A DNA stretch of 42,847 nt from Candidatus Niyogibacteria bacterium RIFCSPLOWO2_12_FULL_41_13 (GCA_001821615.1 MHMS01000022.1:1-42847); one strand, 5' to 3'. Positions 25,709-34,101 are shown, numbered from the stretch's first letter. Numbers and translations: made by a program. Notes: a model not told the origin generated them from the letters alone.

Positions 25709-27286
25709 ATGGCCTTTTATTCTTTAATCATTAGAAACGGAAAAATCATTGACGGCAAAATGGGAGAGCGAGGAATCGGCGACATCGGCATAAACAAAGA
25801 AACAATAGCCAAGGTCGGAGACCTCTCAAACGATATTGCCGATGAAATCATCAACGCCGAGGGAAAATTCGTCTCGCCCGGCTTCATTGATTTAACCTCC
25901 CACTCTGACACGCATTGGACTTTATTCACCGAGCCCGGTCAGGAAAGCGTCTTAACCCAGGGCATCACCACGATTCTGGGAGGAAATTGCGGTTTTTCTC
26001 TCGCCCCTCTCGTTCGCCAGGAAGTCATTGAGGGACTGCGAAAGTGGATTGATGTTTCGGCAATCAACATCAACTGGCAAAGTTTTGACGAATTTCTCGC
26101 CGAACTTGAAAAAAGATTTCTTGCCGTGAATTTCGCGAGTTTAATCGGACTGGGAACGCTTCGTAGAGGCGTTATCGGCAACGCGGGAAGAACCGTAAAC
26201 GACATTGAAGCCAAGGAAATGATTTTTTTACTTGATAGGTCGATGAAAGACGGCGCTTTCGGGCTTTCAACAAGTTTGGGTCGCGTCCATGAAAAAAACG
26301 CCTCGGAAACGGAACTCAAAGAACTGCTTCAAATCATAAAAAATTACGAAGGACTGGCGAAACACCACCTGAAAGACGAAGGAAAAGAAATTATGTCTTC
26401 TCTCGCCCAAATTATCGGACTTGCGAGGGAAAGCGGAGCCAGAACTCAAATTTCCCACTTTAAAATTTTGGGGCGGCAATCCTGGGACAATATCGCCCCG
26501 GCGCTCTCAATGATAGAACACGGCCGCGAAGAAGAAAAACTTGACCTCTGGCTTGACTTCTTTCCTTATGAAAAAACAGGTTCAAATCTTTATTTGCTTC
26601 TTCCTCCCTGGCTTCTTGAAGAAGGAGGAAGGAAAATCATTTCCAGATTAAAAGAGCCGGAAACAAGAAAAAATGTCGCTGATTATTTGAAAAACATGAC
26701 CCTGCATTACGATAAAATGATTCTCGCTTCCACCTTGAGAGACAAAACCGGGCTGGGCAAAACACTTCTAGAACTCTCGCAAAAAACAGGATTGAACCCC
26801 GAAGAGCTTATTATTGAACTTCTTGAAATCAACGAACTTAAGGTTTCCATATTCAACGAAGTAATCAATCCTCAACATTTGATTCAACTTGCCGCGAAGA
26901 AATATTCCCTGTTTGCCACCGACGGCCTGGGGATTTCGGGCAGAAACATTGAAAGCGATTTTCCTCATCCGAGATCTTTCGGCGCGTTTCCAAAATGCGT
27001 TAATCTGTTTGTAAATCAAAAAAGGATTCTAACCCTTGAAGAGGCGATTTATAAAATGACGGGGCTTCCGGCGCGAAATTTGGGGCTCAACGACCGCGGG
27101 ACGATTGAAACGGGCAAAAAAGCCGATTTGGTCGTTTTTGATTTGGATAAAATTGAAGACCGCGCGGATTATCAAAATCCCGTTCAATTCAGCGAAGGAA
27201 TAAATTATGTCCTTGTGAATGGAAAAATCGCGGTTCGGGAAGGAAAACCAACGGCAATAATGGCTGGGAAAGTATTGAGGAAATGA
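25709..27286 (+). CDS. Amidohydrolase-superfamily protein, N-acyl-D-amino-acid deacylase (D-aminoacylase)-like
   Basis: N-terminal IIRNGKIIDG...AEGKFVSPGFIDL and C-terminal GKKADLVVFD...VLVNGK are typical of the family. The first metal-binding HxH motif looks degenerate (TSHSDTH). Confidence 0.65.
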   Translation: MAFYSLIIRNGKIIDGKMGERGIGDIGINKETIAKVGDLSNDIADEIINAEGKFVSPGFIDLTSHSDTHWTLFTEPGQESVLTQGITTILGGNCGFSLAPLVRQEVIEGLRKWIDVSAININWQSFDEFLAELEKRFLAVNFASLIGLGTLRRGVIGNAGRTVNDIEAKEMIFLLDRSMKDGAFGLSTSLGRVHEKNASETELKELLQIIKNYEGLAKHHLKDEGKEIMSSLAQIIGLARESGARTQISHFKILGRQSWDNIAPALSMIEHGREEEKLDLWLDFFPYEKTGSNLYLLLPPWLLEEGGRKIISRLKEPETRKNVADYLKNMTLHYDKMILASTLRDKTGLGKTLLELSQKTGLNPEELIIELLEINELKVSIFNEVINPQHLIQLAAKKYSLFATDGLGISGRNIESDFPHPRSFGAFPKCVNLFVNQKRILTLEEAIYKMTGLPARNLGLNDRGTIETGKKADLVVFDLDKIEDRADYQNPVQFSEGINYVLVNGKIAVREGKPTAIMAGKVLRK

Positions 27287-27292
27287 TGAATT

Positions 27293-28318
27293 ATGAATAA
27301 TGAATTAAGAATTATGGATATCCGGAAACTTGAAAAGCAAACTTTGGAACAAATTGAAAAAACCAGCGATGAAAACGGCTTGCGGATTTTTGAAAAACAG
27401 TGGCTGGGACCAAAAGGAAAAATCAGGGAGCTTTTCCGGGAACTCAAAAATTTTGAGCCGGAAGAAAGAAAAAAAATCGGCGGAGAAATCAATCTTTTAA
27501 AAAAAGAATTAACGGCGGCTCTTGAAAAAAAGAGAACGGGGGCGGAAAAAGAAAAACAGGGATTTGTTTTGGAAAAAGAATGGCTTGACGCGACTCGTCC
27601 GGTAAAACCGGCTGAAATCGGACATATTCATCTTTTAACTTCGGCTCTCAAAGACATCGCTTTAATTTTCAAAAATCTCGGTTTTGATTCGGTCTCCGGC
27701 CCGGATATTGAAACCGAGTGGAATAATTTTGACGCGCTCAATATCCCGGCCTATCACCCCGCCCGGGAAACAGCCGACACTTTTTGGCTAAATCAAATGT
27801 CAAATGTCAAAAGTCAAAAGTTATTATTGCGCACTCACACCAGTCCGAGCCAAATCCGCCATTTATTGTCCCATAAACCTCCCTGCCGAATCGTTTCGCC
27901 GGGAAAAGTCTACCGCTTTGAAGCGATTGACGCGTCCCACAATATTGAATTCTGGCAACTAGAAGGGCTTGCGGTTGACAAAAATATCAATTTCGCCAAT
28001 CTTTTGGACATTCTCCGGACTTTCCTCAAAGAATTTTTCAAGGAAAAAAATTTGAAAATCAGAATACGGCCGAGTTATTATCCGTTCGTTGAACCGGGAA
28101 TAGACATTGACCTCTCTTTTGACGGCAAAAAATGGATTGAAGCGGCGGGCGCGGGAATGGTTCATCCCAATGTTTTAAAAAATACGAAATTAAATCCGGA
28201 GGGTTGGCAGGGCATTGCTTTCGGAATAGGCGTTGACCGCCTGATAATGCTCAAACACAAAATCCCGGACATCCGATTGCTCCACAGCGCCGATTTAAGA
28301 TTTTTAAAACAGTTCTAA
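27293..28318 (+). CDS. pheS: Phenylalanine--tRNA ligase alpha subunit
   Basis: Motifs LLRTHTSPSQ, FRFEAIDASHNIEFWQLEG, GAGMVHPNV and AFGIGVDRL. Confidence 0.92.
   Translation: MNNELRIMDIRKLEKQTLEQIEKTSDENGLRIFEKQWLGPKGKIRELFRELKNFEPEERKKIGGEINLLKKELTAALEKKRTGAEKEKQGFVLEKEWLDATRPVKPAEIGHIHLLTSALKDIALIFKNLGFDSVSGPDIETEWNNFDALNIPAYHPARETADTFWLNQMSNVKSQKLLLRTHTSPSQIRHLLSHKPPCRIVSPGKVYRFEAIDASHNIEFWQLEGLAVDKNINFANLLDILRTFLKEFFKEKNLKIRIRPSYYPFVEPGIDIDLSFDGKKWIEAAGAGMVHPNVLKNTKLNPEGWQGIAFGIGVDRLIMLKHKIPDIRLLHSADLRFLKQF
27791..27818. repeat. Heptamer array (aatcaaa tgtcaaa tgtcaaa agtcaaa) in frame inside pheS
   Basis: Encodes NQMSNVKSQK immediately before the conserved LLRTHTSP motif. Confidence 0.9.
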
Positions 28319-28319
28319 T

Positions 28320-30392
28320 ATGCTTTTCTCATATAATTGGCTTAAGGAATACATTCCAAATCTTCCTTCGCCCGAAAAACTGGCGGAAATTTTAACGCTT
28401 AAAGCTTTTGAGACCGGCAAAATTGAAAAAAAAGGAAACGATTTTCTCTTGGAAATAGATATTCTTCCGAATCGCGCTCCTGATTGCTGGGGTTATCTTG
28501 GTTTAAGCAGGGAAATCGCCTCTTTGCTCAATAAAAAAATAAATGAGACCGTTGTAAAAACAAAAGAAAGCGATGAGGGCGCCGAAAACTTTCCGGGTTT
28601 GGAAATTCAAAACAAAAAAAACTTCAACGCTTATTATTTAAAAATGATAAAGGGAGTAAAGGTGAAATCTTCTCCCCTTTGGCTCAAAAATAAGCTCGCT
28701 TTGCGCGGAATAAATTCCATAAACAATATCGTGGACGCGGCAAATCTGACGATGCTGGAAATCGGTCAGCCAACGCATGTTTTTGATTGCGATAAAATCT
28801 CCGGCAAAAAAATAATCTTGCGGCAAGCGAAACAAGGGGAAAAATTCGTTTCGCTTGAAAACAAAGCATACTCTTTGCCAAGAGGAACCTTGGTCATCGC
28901 CGACGAAAAAGATATTCTTGCTTTAGCCGGAATTAAAGGCGGAAAAAAAGCCGAGGTTGGCGAAAAAACAAAAAACATCGTCGTTGAATCGGCGAATTTT
29001 TCTTCCTCTTTAATTTTAAAAACCGGCAAAGAACTGAATCTTATAACCGATTCTTCCCGCAGATTCGGCGCCGGCCTTTCTCCTTATTTCGCGAAATTAG
29101 GGCTTGGCTTTTGCGCTTTTTGGATTGAAAAGCTCGCCGGAGGGGAAATCTTAAAAAACGCTCCCAAGTTTGAAAATTTTGCGGAAAAACTTCCCGTGCT
29201 TTTGCCGTTTTCAAAAATTGAAAATATTCTCGGCAAAAAAATAAGCGAAAAAGAAATTTTAAAAATTTTAAAAAGCGTTTATTGCGAAATTAAAATAATC
29301 AAAAAAACGAATGAAAAAATAATAGTGGTGGCTCCTCCGCTATGGAGAGAAGACTTAAAGATTCAAGAAGATTTAATTGAAGAAATTGCGAGAATTCACG
29401 GCTTGGAAAAAATCAAACCCCTGCCCCTTGTCTCTGAAATAAAATTGGGCGGAACGGAAGAAAAAAACGTGGCAAGAGAACAAATCAAAGATTCGGCTTT
29501 AAAAGCCGGCTTTAACGAGGTTTATCTTTATTCTTTTGTCGGAGAAAAAGATTTAAATTTCCTAAACTCCCAAACGCTGAAAAAAGTCATTGAAGTTAAA
29601 AATTTTTTCCGTCCGGAATTCCGCTATTTAAGACCCAACCTTTCTGTTTCGCTCCTGAAAGGATTGAGCGAAGCAAAAAAATATTCGCCCAATGTCCGTC
29701 TCTTTGAATTGTCTCCCGTATTCTCCAAAACGGAAAAACCAAAAGACACCGGAGAGCTCCAGGAAGACCGCCTGATTTTTGGATTCGCCGGCGGCGAAAA
29801 AGACGGGGCGTTTTTTGAACTCAAAAAAAGACTATCCGCTGTTTTTGAATCTTTGGGCTTGTTTAAAATTGAATATTCCGACCTGTTGAATGCGGAATGC
29901 GAGCTCGCCAAAGATTTGGGCGGAATCTTTCATCCGTTCAGAACGGCGCTGATTAAATCAAAAAACGAGGTCGTCGGCGTTATCGGCGAACCAAAGGAAG
30001 AGATTAAAAAATATTTTGAATTGAACGGAGAAGTCGCTCTGGCCGAGATTGAAATTGAAAAACTCTTGACGGTGGGCGCGCCGGCAAAAGAATACAGGCA
30101 GATTTCAAAATATCCGGCTTTGTATCGGGATATCGCTCTTTTGGTTCCCAAAAAAACAAAAGCCACTAATGTTCAAAACCTGATAAAAACAGCGGGGGGC
30201 GAATTGCTCGCCGATATTGATTTGTTTGATATTTATGAAAACGAGAAAGTTTTCGCTGAGAAAAAAAATCTGGCTTTTCATTTGATTTTTCAAAGCAAAG
30301 ATAAAACGCTCTCCGACAAAGAAGTGGATGAAATTATGAAAAAAATCGTCAAACAACTGGAAACAAATCCCGAATTTGAAACAAGGCGGTAA
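28320..30392 (+). CDS. pheT: Phenylalanine--tRNA ligase beta subunit (690 aa; short N-terminal region)
   Basis: B3/B4 and B5 domain patterns and a C-terminal anticodon-binding ferredoxin-like domain (NLAFHLIFQSKDKTLSDKEV). It starts 1 nt after the pheS stop. Confidence 0.88.
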   Translation: MLFSYNWLKEYIPNLPSPEKLAEILTLKAFETGKIEKKGNDFLLEIDILPNRAPDCWGYLGLSREIASLLNKKINETVVKTKESDEGAENFPGLEIQNKKNFNAYYLKMIKGVKVKSSPLWLKNKLALRGINSINNIVDAANLTMLEIGQPTHVFDCDKISGKKIILRQAKQGEKFVSLENKAYSLPRGTLVIADEKDILALAGIKGGKKAEVGEKTKNIVVESANFSSSLILKTGKELNLITDSSRRFGAGLSPYFAKLGLGFCAFWIEKLAGGEILKNAPKFENFAEKLPVLLPFSKIENILGKKISEKEILKILKSVYCEIKIIKKTNEKIIVVAPPLWREDLKIQEDLIEEIARIHGLEKIKPLPLVSEIKLGGTEEKNVAREQIKDSALKAGFNEVYLYSFVGEKDLNFLNSQTLKKVIEVKNFFRPEFRYLRPNLSVSLLKGLSEAKKYSPNVRLFELSPVFSKTEKPKDTGELQEDRLIFGFAGGEKDGAFFELKKRLSAVFESLGLFKIEYSDLLNAECELAKDLGGIFHPFRTALIKSKNEVVGVIGEPKEEIKKYFELNGEVALAEIEIEKLLTVGAPAKEYRQISKYPALYRDIALLVPKKTKATNVQNLIKTAGGELLADIDLFDIYENEKVFAEKKNLAFHLIFQSKDKTLSDKEVDEIMKKIVKQLETNPEFETRR

Positions 30393-30435
30393 CATTTGCA
30401 TTTTATTGAAATTTTGCCTAAGCTCTTTTTATGTT

Positions 30436-30804
30436 ATGAATAAAAAAGACCTTGATTATTTCAGCGCAAAATTAAAAGCGGAAAAAGAGCGGCTTGAAAA
30501 AGAACTCTCGGGACTCGCGACGAAAAATCCGGAAAATCCCGAAAACTGGATTCCTTCTTACCCGGATTTCAATCCCCAACTCGCCGATGAAAGCGAAAAA
30601 GCCGATGTCGTTGAAGAATTTGAAATAAAATACAGCGTTGAAACCGTCTTGGAGGAAAAACTAAACGAAGTCAAAGAAGCTCTTCAAAGAATCGCCAAAG
30701 GAACTTACGGCGTATGCGAAGAAGACAAAGAACCGATTTCAAGAGAACGGCTTGAAGCGAATCCCGCGGCAAAATACTGCCAAAAACACGCCCAGTTTAA
30801 ATAG
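30436..30804 (+). CDS. DksA/TraR-family-like protein (coiled coil plus degenerate C-terminal zinc finger)
   Basis: Coiled-coil N-terminal part and C-terminal GTYGVCEEDKEPISRERLEANPAAKYC, with only two of the four usual Cys. I start at the ATG (MNKKDL) rather than the upstream alternative start. Confidence 0.55.
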   Translation: MNKKDLDYFSAKLKAEKERLEKELSGLATKNPENPENWIPSYPDFNPQLADESEKADVVEEFEIKYSVETVLEEKLNEVKEALQRIAKGTYGVCEEDKEPISRERLEANPAAKYCQKHAQFK

Positions 30805-30840
30805 TCTGTATTTGCGGCGAATTATGTTGTAAAAAAACCT

Positions 30841-31195
30841 AGCGTTGTTTACATCTTCCGCGCTGTCCGGCAAATTCGCTAAGAAAACCCTCGCGCAGTC
30901 CGACCCGCTTCGCCGGAGCTTCAGCGAGGCGAGGCGGGCAGGGTACCCCAGCCCTGCCTCTTTCAAGAACCGGTTGTCGCTCGTTCCAGCGACTCGCGCA
31001 ACCTGCCCTCTCGGCGATTTTGTTCCCGCAAAGCGGGAAACCAAGCCAAAATCGCCTGCGAGAGCTTCTTTCAAGAGGCAGGACTGGGGTGAGCGAGGAC
31101 GAGCGGGAGCGCAAATTCCTCGCTGGGGAATTTGATAGCGTGTTTTCGCGCGAATTTGCCGGACAGAAGAAAATATGAAAGAATGTAAACAACGC
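30841..31195. ncRNA. G+C-rich element of about 355 nt built from nested helices (candidate large structured RNA, or a palindromic insertion); strand undetermined
   Basis: Terminal helices 30842-30854/31183-31195 (13 bp) and 30863-30879/31150-31166 (17 bp perfect), then 30946-30960/31075-31089, 31008-31021/31048-31064, an apical hairpin at 31022-31041 and three side hairpins. My hand count gives about 57% G+C, against A+T-rich flanks. Confidence 0.5.
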
Positions 31196-31212
31196 AGCTA
31201 ATTCTTACAAAT

Positions 31213-32733
31213 ATGTCTATCAAAATTTCCTCGGCTCAAATCGTCGGTTTGGAAGGAAAAATTATTGAGATAGAGGTTGATTTAACGCGGGGGCTTCCGG
31301 CTTTCTCCATCGTGGGCCTTCCCGATAAAGCGATTGAAGAATCAAAAGAAAGAATTTCTTCGGCGGTTAAAAACAGCGGTTTTAATCCTCCCCAGAGAAA
31401 AAACCAAAGAGTGACCGTTTCTTTGGCGCCGGCCGACCTTAAAAAGGAGGGGCCGGGTTTTGATTTGGGAATCGCCCTCGGATATCTTCTCGCCTCAAAA
31501 CAGCTCAACTTTAATGCCGATAAAAAATTATTTTTGGGAGAACTCGCTTTAAACGGCTCAATAAGAATAATCAGGGGAGCGCTGGCTTTGGCTCAAAGCG
31601 CCCTCAAAGCCGGTTTTGAAGAAATTTACCTGCCAAAAGGCAACGGCAAAGAAGCGGCTTTTATTGAAGGAATTAAGGTTTACGAAGCGGGCTCGTTGCT
31701 GGAAATTGCCAGCTGGTTTGAAGGAAAAATAAAACCCGAGCCGCTCCCGAAGCAAAAAATTCAAGAAAACGCTTCGGAATATTCCGTTGACCTTTCGGAT
31801 ATTCGCGGCCAAGAGCACGCGAAACGCGCTCTGGAAATAAGCGCGGCCGGAAGCCACAATCTTCTGATGGTTGGGCCCCCGGGCACGGGCAAAACAATGC
31901 TCGCCAAGGCGCTGCCCTCTTTGCTTCCGCCTCTTTCTTTTGAAGAAGCGCTGGAAGCGACCAACATCCATTCAATCGCCGGAACATTGGACAAGCCGCT
32001 TTTAACTTTCCGGCCCTTCCGCAATCCCCATCATACCGCTTCTTATATTTCAATTATCGGAGGAGGAACGATTCCAAGGCCCGGGGAAATAACAATGGCG
32101 CACCGCGGCGTTTTATTTCTGGACGAATTCCCGGAGTTTGACCGGAGAGTGATAGAGTCGTTGCGCCAGCCGATTGAAGACGGCGTAATCGCCATTTCCA
32201 GAGCAAAAGGCGTTATTGTTTTTCCGGCCCGAATAATTCTTGTCTGCGCGATGAATCCCTGTCCTTGCGGCAATCTCGGCTCTAAAAACAAATCTTGCCT
32301 GTGTCCGGCCTCCGCCATTTTCAAGTACCAAAGAAAAATATCGGGGCCTATCGCCGACCGGCTTGACCTTTTTGTTGAGGTCGGTCGGATTGAACACGAA
32401 GAACTTTCAAAGAAAAACTCCGCGCCCACTTCGGCGGAAAAACAAAAATTGATTTTAAAAGCGAGAGAAGTCCAAAAAGAACGTTTTAAAAACCGGAAAA
32501 TTTTAACCAATGCCGAAATGAGTAGCCGCGACTTGGAACAATTCGTTCCCCTGGACCGCGATTCCCAGCGCGCTTTAAATTTGGCGGCAAGCCGCATGGA
32601 CCTCTCTGCCCGCGCTTATCATCGAGTCATTAAAATAGCGAGGACAATCGCCGATTTGGAAAATTCAGAGAGCGTCCGCGAAAACCACATTGCCGAGGCC
32701 TTGCAATATCGGCCAAAACAAAGTTTGATTTAA
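31213..32733 (+). CDS. comM: YifB/ComM-family Mg-chelatase-like AAA+ ATPase
   Basis: Lon-like N-domain (GLPAFSIVGLPDKAIEESKERI), Walker A GPPGTGKTM, Walker B LFLDEFPEF, and the C-terminal RAYHRVIKIARTIADLE helix. Confidence 0.9.
   Translation: MSIKISSAQIVGLEGKIIEIEVDLTRGLPAFSIVGLPDKAIEESKERISSAVKNSGFNPPQRKNQRVTVSLAPADLKKEGPGFDLGIALGYLLASKQLNFNADKKLFLGELALNGSIRIIRGALALAQSALKAGFEEIYLPKGNGKEAAFIEGIKVYEAGSLLEIASWFEGKIKPEPLPKQKIQENASEYSVDLSDIRGQEHAKRALEISAAGSHNLLMVGPPGTGKTMLAKALPSLLPPLSFEEALEATNIHSIAGTLDKPLLTFRPFRNPHHTASYISIIGGGTIPRPGEITMAHRGVLFLDEFPEFDRRVIESLRQPIEDGVIAISRAKGVIVFPARIILVCAMNPCPCGNLGSKNKSCLCPASAIFKYQRKISGPIADRLDLFVEVGRIEHEELSKKNSAPTSAEKQKLILKAREVQKERFKNRKILTNAEMSSRDLEQFVPLDRDSQRALNLAASRMDLSARAYHRVIKIARTIADLENSESVRENHIAEALQYRPKQSLI
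32710..32733 (+). repeat. 24-bp direct-repeat core CGGCCAAAACAAAGTTTGATTTAA (copy at the functional comM end; attL-like)
   Basis: Identical to 34997-35020. Confidence 0.9.
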
Positions 32734-32770
32734 TATTATCGTATAGAATCATAATTAAAATATTTTGCTC

Positions 32771-32799
32771 TTGACATTTTCCTGCGGTTCTGATAATAT
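32771..32799 (+). promoter_or_regulatory. Near-consensus sigma70 promoter (TTGACA-17 nt-TAATAT, with TGn extended -10)
   Basis: TTGACA at 32771-32776, TG at 32791-32792, TAATAT at 32794-32799. Confidence 0.65.
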
Positions 32800-32936
32800 T
32801 TCGGGTAGAAAATCGCACCTTGAGTTACATTTCCACTTCAAAATAGAAAGCGCACAAAACCGAGCTATTGGGGCTCGATGATAGCACATTTTATTAGTTT
32901 TATTAGTTTAAACCCGAAAAAGAAAGAAAGGTGAAT

Positions 32937-33461
32937 ATGATGGGCGATAGAGAAGATTACAAAGAAGATTGCAAAAGAAAAGCTGCCTATGCGCTAGAAC
33001 AGATGAGAAGAGGTACGATTGGTTACCGATTTGCTCTTTGGTGTATTACAGAGAATCTTCGAGAGGGGAGGTGGTTCCTTTTTGAAATAGGAACCAGGCC
33101 GGCTGAACTTAATAAGCTCCGGATAGAAGACTGTAAAAAATCAGTTCAGAGCTGGATAGACGCGTTGCAATTTGGATTTTTTGCTGAACCGGACGAGGCT
33201 ATTAAATATATTAGAAATAGACTCGGGAAGAGCGGTCTTTCACTTTTTGATGCCGTCAACATCAATGAAGAAAAACTAGAAGAGTTCCGGGTTAAAGCTT
33301 GGGAGATGGTTGCTCGCAATGGAGTCGACATTTTTGAAAAACAAAAATGTCCTCTGACCGCTTGTAGTATTCTTAAGGCAGCCGAGAGAGGCGGATTTCC
33401 ACTTTCCAATATTGGTGTCGATGAAAAGGAACTTGAAAAAGTTCTATCCGAATACAGATAA
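32937..33461 (+). CDS. Orphan hypothetical protein (174 aa, predicted all-helical), cargo of cassette 1
   Basis: AAGGTGA Shine-Dalgarno at 32928-32934, then ATG ATG. I recognise no family. An intrinsic terminator follows. Confidence 0.6.
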   Translation: MMGDREDYKEDCKRKAAYALEQMRRGTIGYRFALWCITENLREGRWFLFEIGTRPAELNKLRIEDCKKSVQSWIDALQFGFFAEPDEAIKYIRNRLGKSGLSLFDAVNINEEKLEEFRVKAWEMVARNGVDIFEKQKCPLTACSILKAAERGGFPLSNIGVDEKELEKVLSEYR

Positions 33462-33506
33462 GACGCCAACAAAAAAGAGTCCAATAGTCCTCCAGCCGCA
33501 AATAAA

Positions 33507-33550
33507 GAACCTCTGAGAGAGCATGGCTTCGCCGAGGTTCTCTTTTTTTT
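33507..33550 (+). terminator. Intrinsic terminator of the cassette 1 ORF
   Basis: AGAACCTC ... GAGGTTCT 8-bp stem followed by CTTTTTTTT. Confidence 0.8.
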
Positions 33551-33705
33551 ATTTGAGCGGTGAATAAATAAAAGAATAAGGATTTTCTTAACCATAATAG
33601 TCGAGGCAAGGTTTTCCAGTCTCGGCTATTTTTATTTGTTAATTCACTCATTGCTTTTTCTAATCCTTCCTTTGCTAAACCTCTACTCTCTTCATCCTTC
33701 ATCCA

Positions 33706-33783
33706 ATGGAAAAATCACAAAACATCACTGAAGCCCATATAAGCGAGGCCTTGCAGTATCGGCCAAAGCAGAATTTGATTTAA
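33706..33783 (+). pseudogene. Orphan, diverged comM 3'-end fragment (last ~25 codons)
   Basis: Translates as MEKSQNITEAHISEALQYRPKQNLI*, against the comM C-terminus LENSESVRENHIAEALQYRPKQSLI*. Nucleotide similarity continues about 30 nt past the stop. Confidence 0.8.
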
Positions 33784-33889
33784 AATTATCATATAGAATC
33801 ATAATCAAGATATTTCTGAATAATGTTGATTTGTTTAGGACTTCTAGAAAATTAACTAAGTAGTCCAAAATTCAAATTGGAAATTTTGC

Positions 33890-33918
33890 TTGACAAAAAA
33901 TTATAAAAGAAGTATAAT
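33890..33918 (+). promoter_or_regulatory. Perfect consensus sigma70 promoter (TTGACA-17 nt-TATAAT)
   Basis: TTGACA at 33890-33895 and TATAAT at 33913-33918. Confidence 0.7.
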
Positions 33919-33955
33919 TAAAATAACAAAAGCTCTTTAATACCACTTGCAATTC

Positions 33956-34090
33956 GGTAGTCATAGCCAAAAAATACTCACTCATGGTGTTTTCTGGCTA
34001 TGACTACCATAGCGATGGTCCTTTGGCAATTCTGCCGCATGGCGCGGCCTCTGCTCAATGGGCAGAGAAAAATCCCGACAACAGTCGGAA
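33956..34090 (+). promoter_or_regulatory. Structured 5' leader of the cassette 2 ORF (candidate cis-regulatory RNA)
   Basis: 13-bp perfect stem GGTAGTCATAGCC/GGCTATGACTACC (33956-33968/33996-34008). Mutually exclusive pairings CTGCC/GGCAG and CTCTGC/GCAGAG lie within 34032-34067. Hairpin CCGAC-AACA-GTCGG lies just before the AGGAG. Confidence 0.5.
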
Positions 34091-34101
34091 AGGAGAGAAT
34101 C

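Larger units (their letters stand above)
32734..33705 (+). mobile_element. Cassette 1 at the comM 3' end: conserved 35-nt module, promoter, leader, one ORF, terminators; no recombinase
   Basis: Bounded by comM-end copies at 32710-32733 and 33706-33783. It shares its first ~35 nt (ATTATCGTATAGAATCATAAT..) with the start of cassette 2. Confidence 0.45.

Noticed and set aside
30739-31192. Three overlapping ORFs (30739..31074 -, 30839..31192 -, 30845..31135 +) inside the G+C-rich element
   Set aside because: They overlap one another in different frames and are Arg/Ser/Pro/Ala-rich low-complexity sequences with no start context. The same DNA is almost fully accounted for by nested helices. Open frames are expected by chance in G+C-rich sequence.
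30841-31195. Whether the G+C-rich element is RNase P RNA, tmRNA, SRP RNA, 6S RNA, a T-box leader or a group II intron remnant
   Set aside because: I found none of the diagnostic signatures:
- no GGAAAGUCC / ACAGAA..GCUUA P4 strands (RNase P)
- no tRNA-like T arm/CCA end (tmRNA)
- no GGAAGCAGCC-type domain IV (SRP)
- no AANNNGGGUGGNACCGCG box and no downstream aaRS gene (T-box)
- no GUGYG 5' end or domain V (group II intron)

It is also about twice the size of 6S RNA. This was only a visual check; a covariance-model scan is still needed.
425-32597. Numerous antisense or nested ORFs in the track (for example 425..796, 5592..5942, 9951..10394, 10388..10870, 12915..13280, 17140..17921, 21215..21766, 31558..32597)
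   Set aside because: Each lies inside, and opposite to or out of frame with, a longer ORF that carries clear family signatures. Their translations are low-complexity or strongly biased. They are typical shadow ORFs.
33373-33702. 109-aa minus-strand ORF between the cassettes
   Set aside because: It runs antisense through two plus-strand terminator hairpins and into the 3' end of the cassette 1 ORF. It has no RBS or promoter, and its sequence is low-complexity and hydrophobic junk after the first ~30 residues.
34000-34101. The longer start (ATG at 34000) for the cassette 2 ORF
   Set aside because: That ATG lies inside the 3' arm of the 13-bp leader stem and has no Shine-Dalgarno. The in-frame ATG at 34102 has AGGAG at the optimal spacing. 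The extra 34 residues (MTTIAMVLWQFCRMARPLL...) look non-protein-like.
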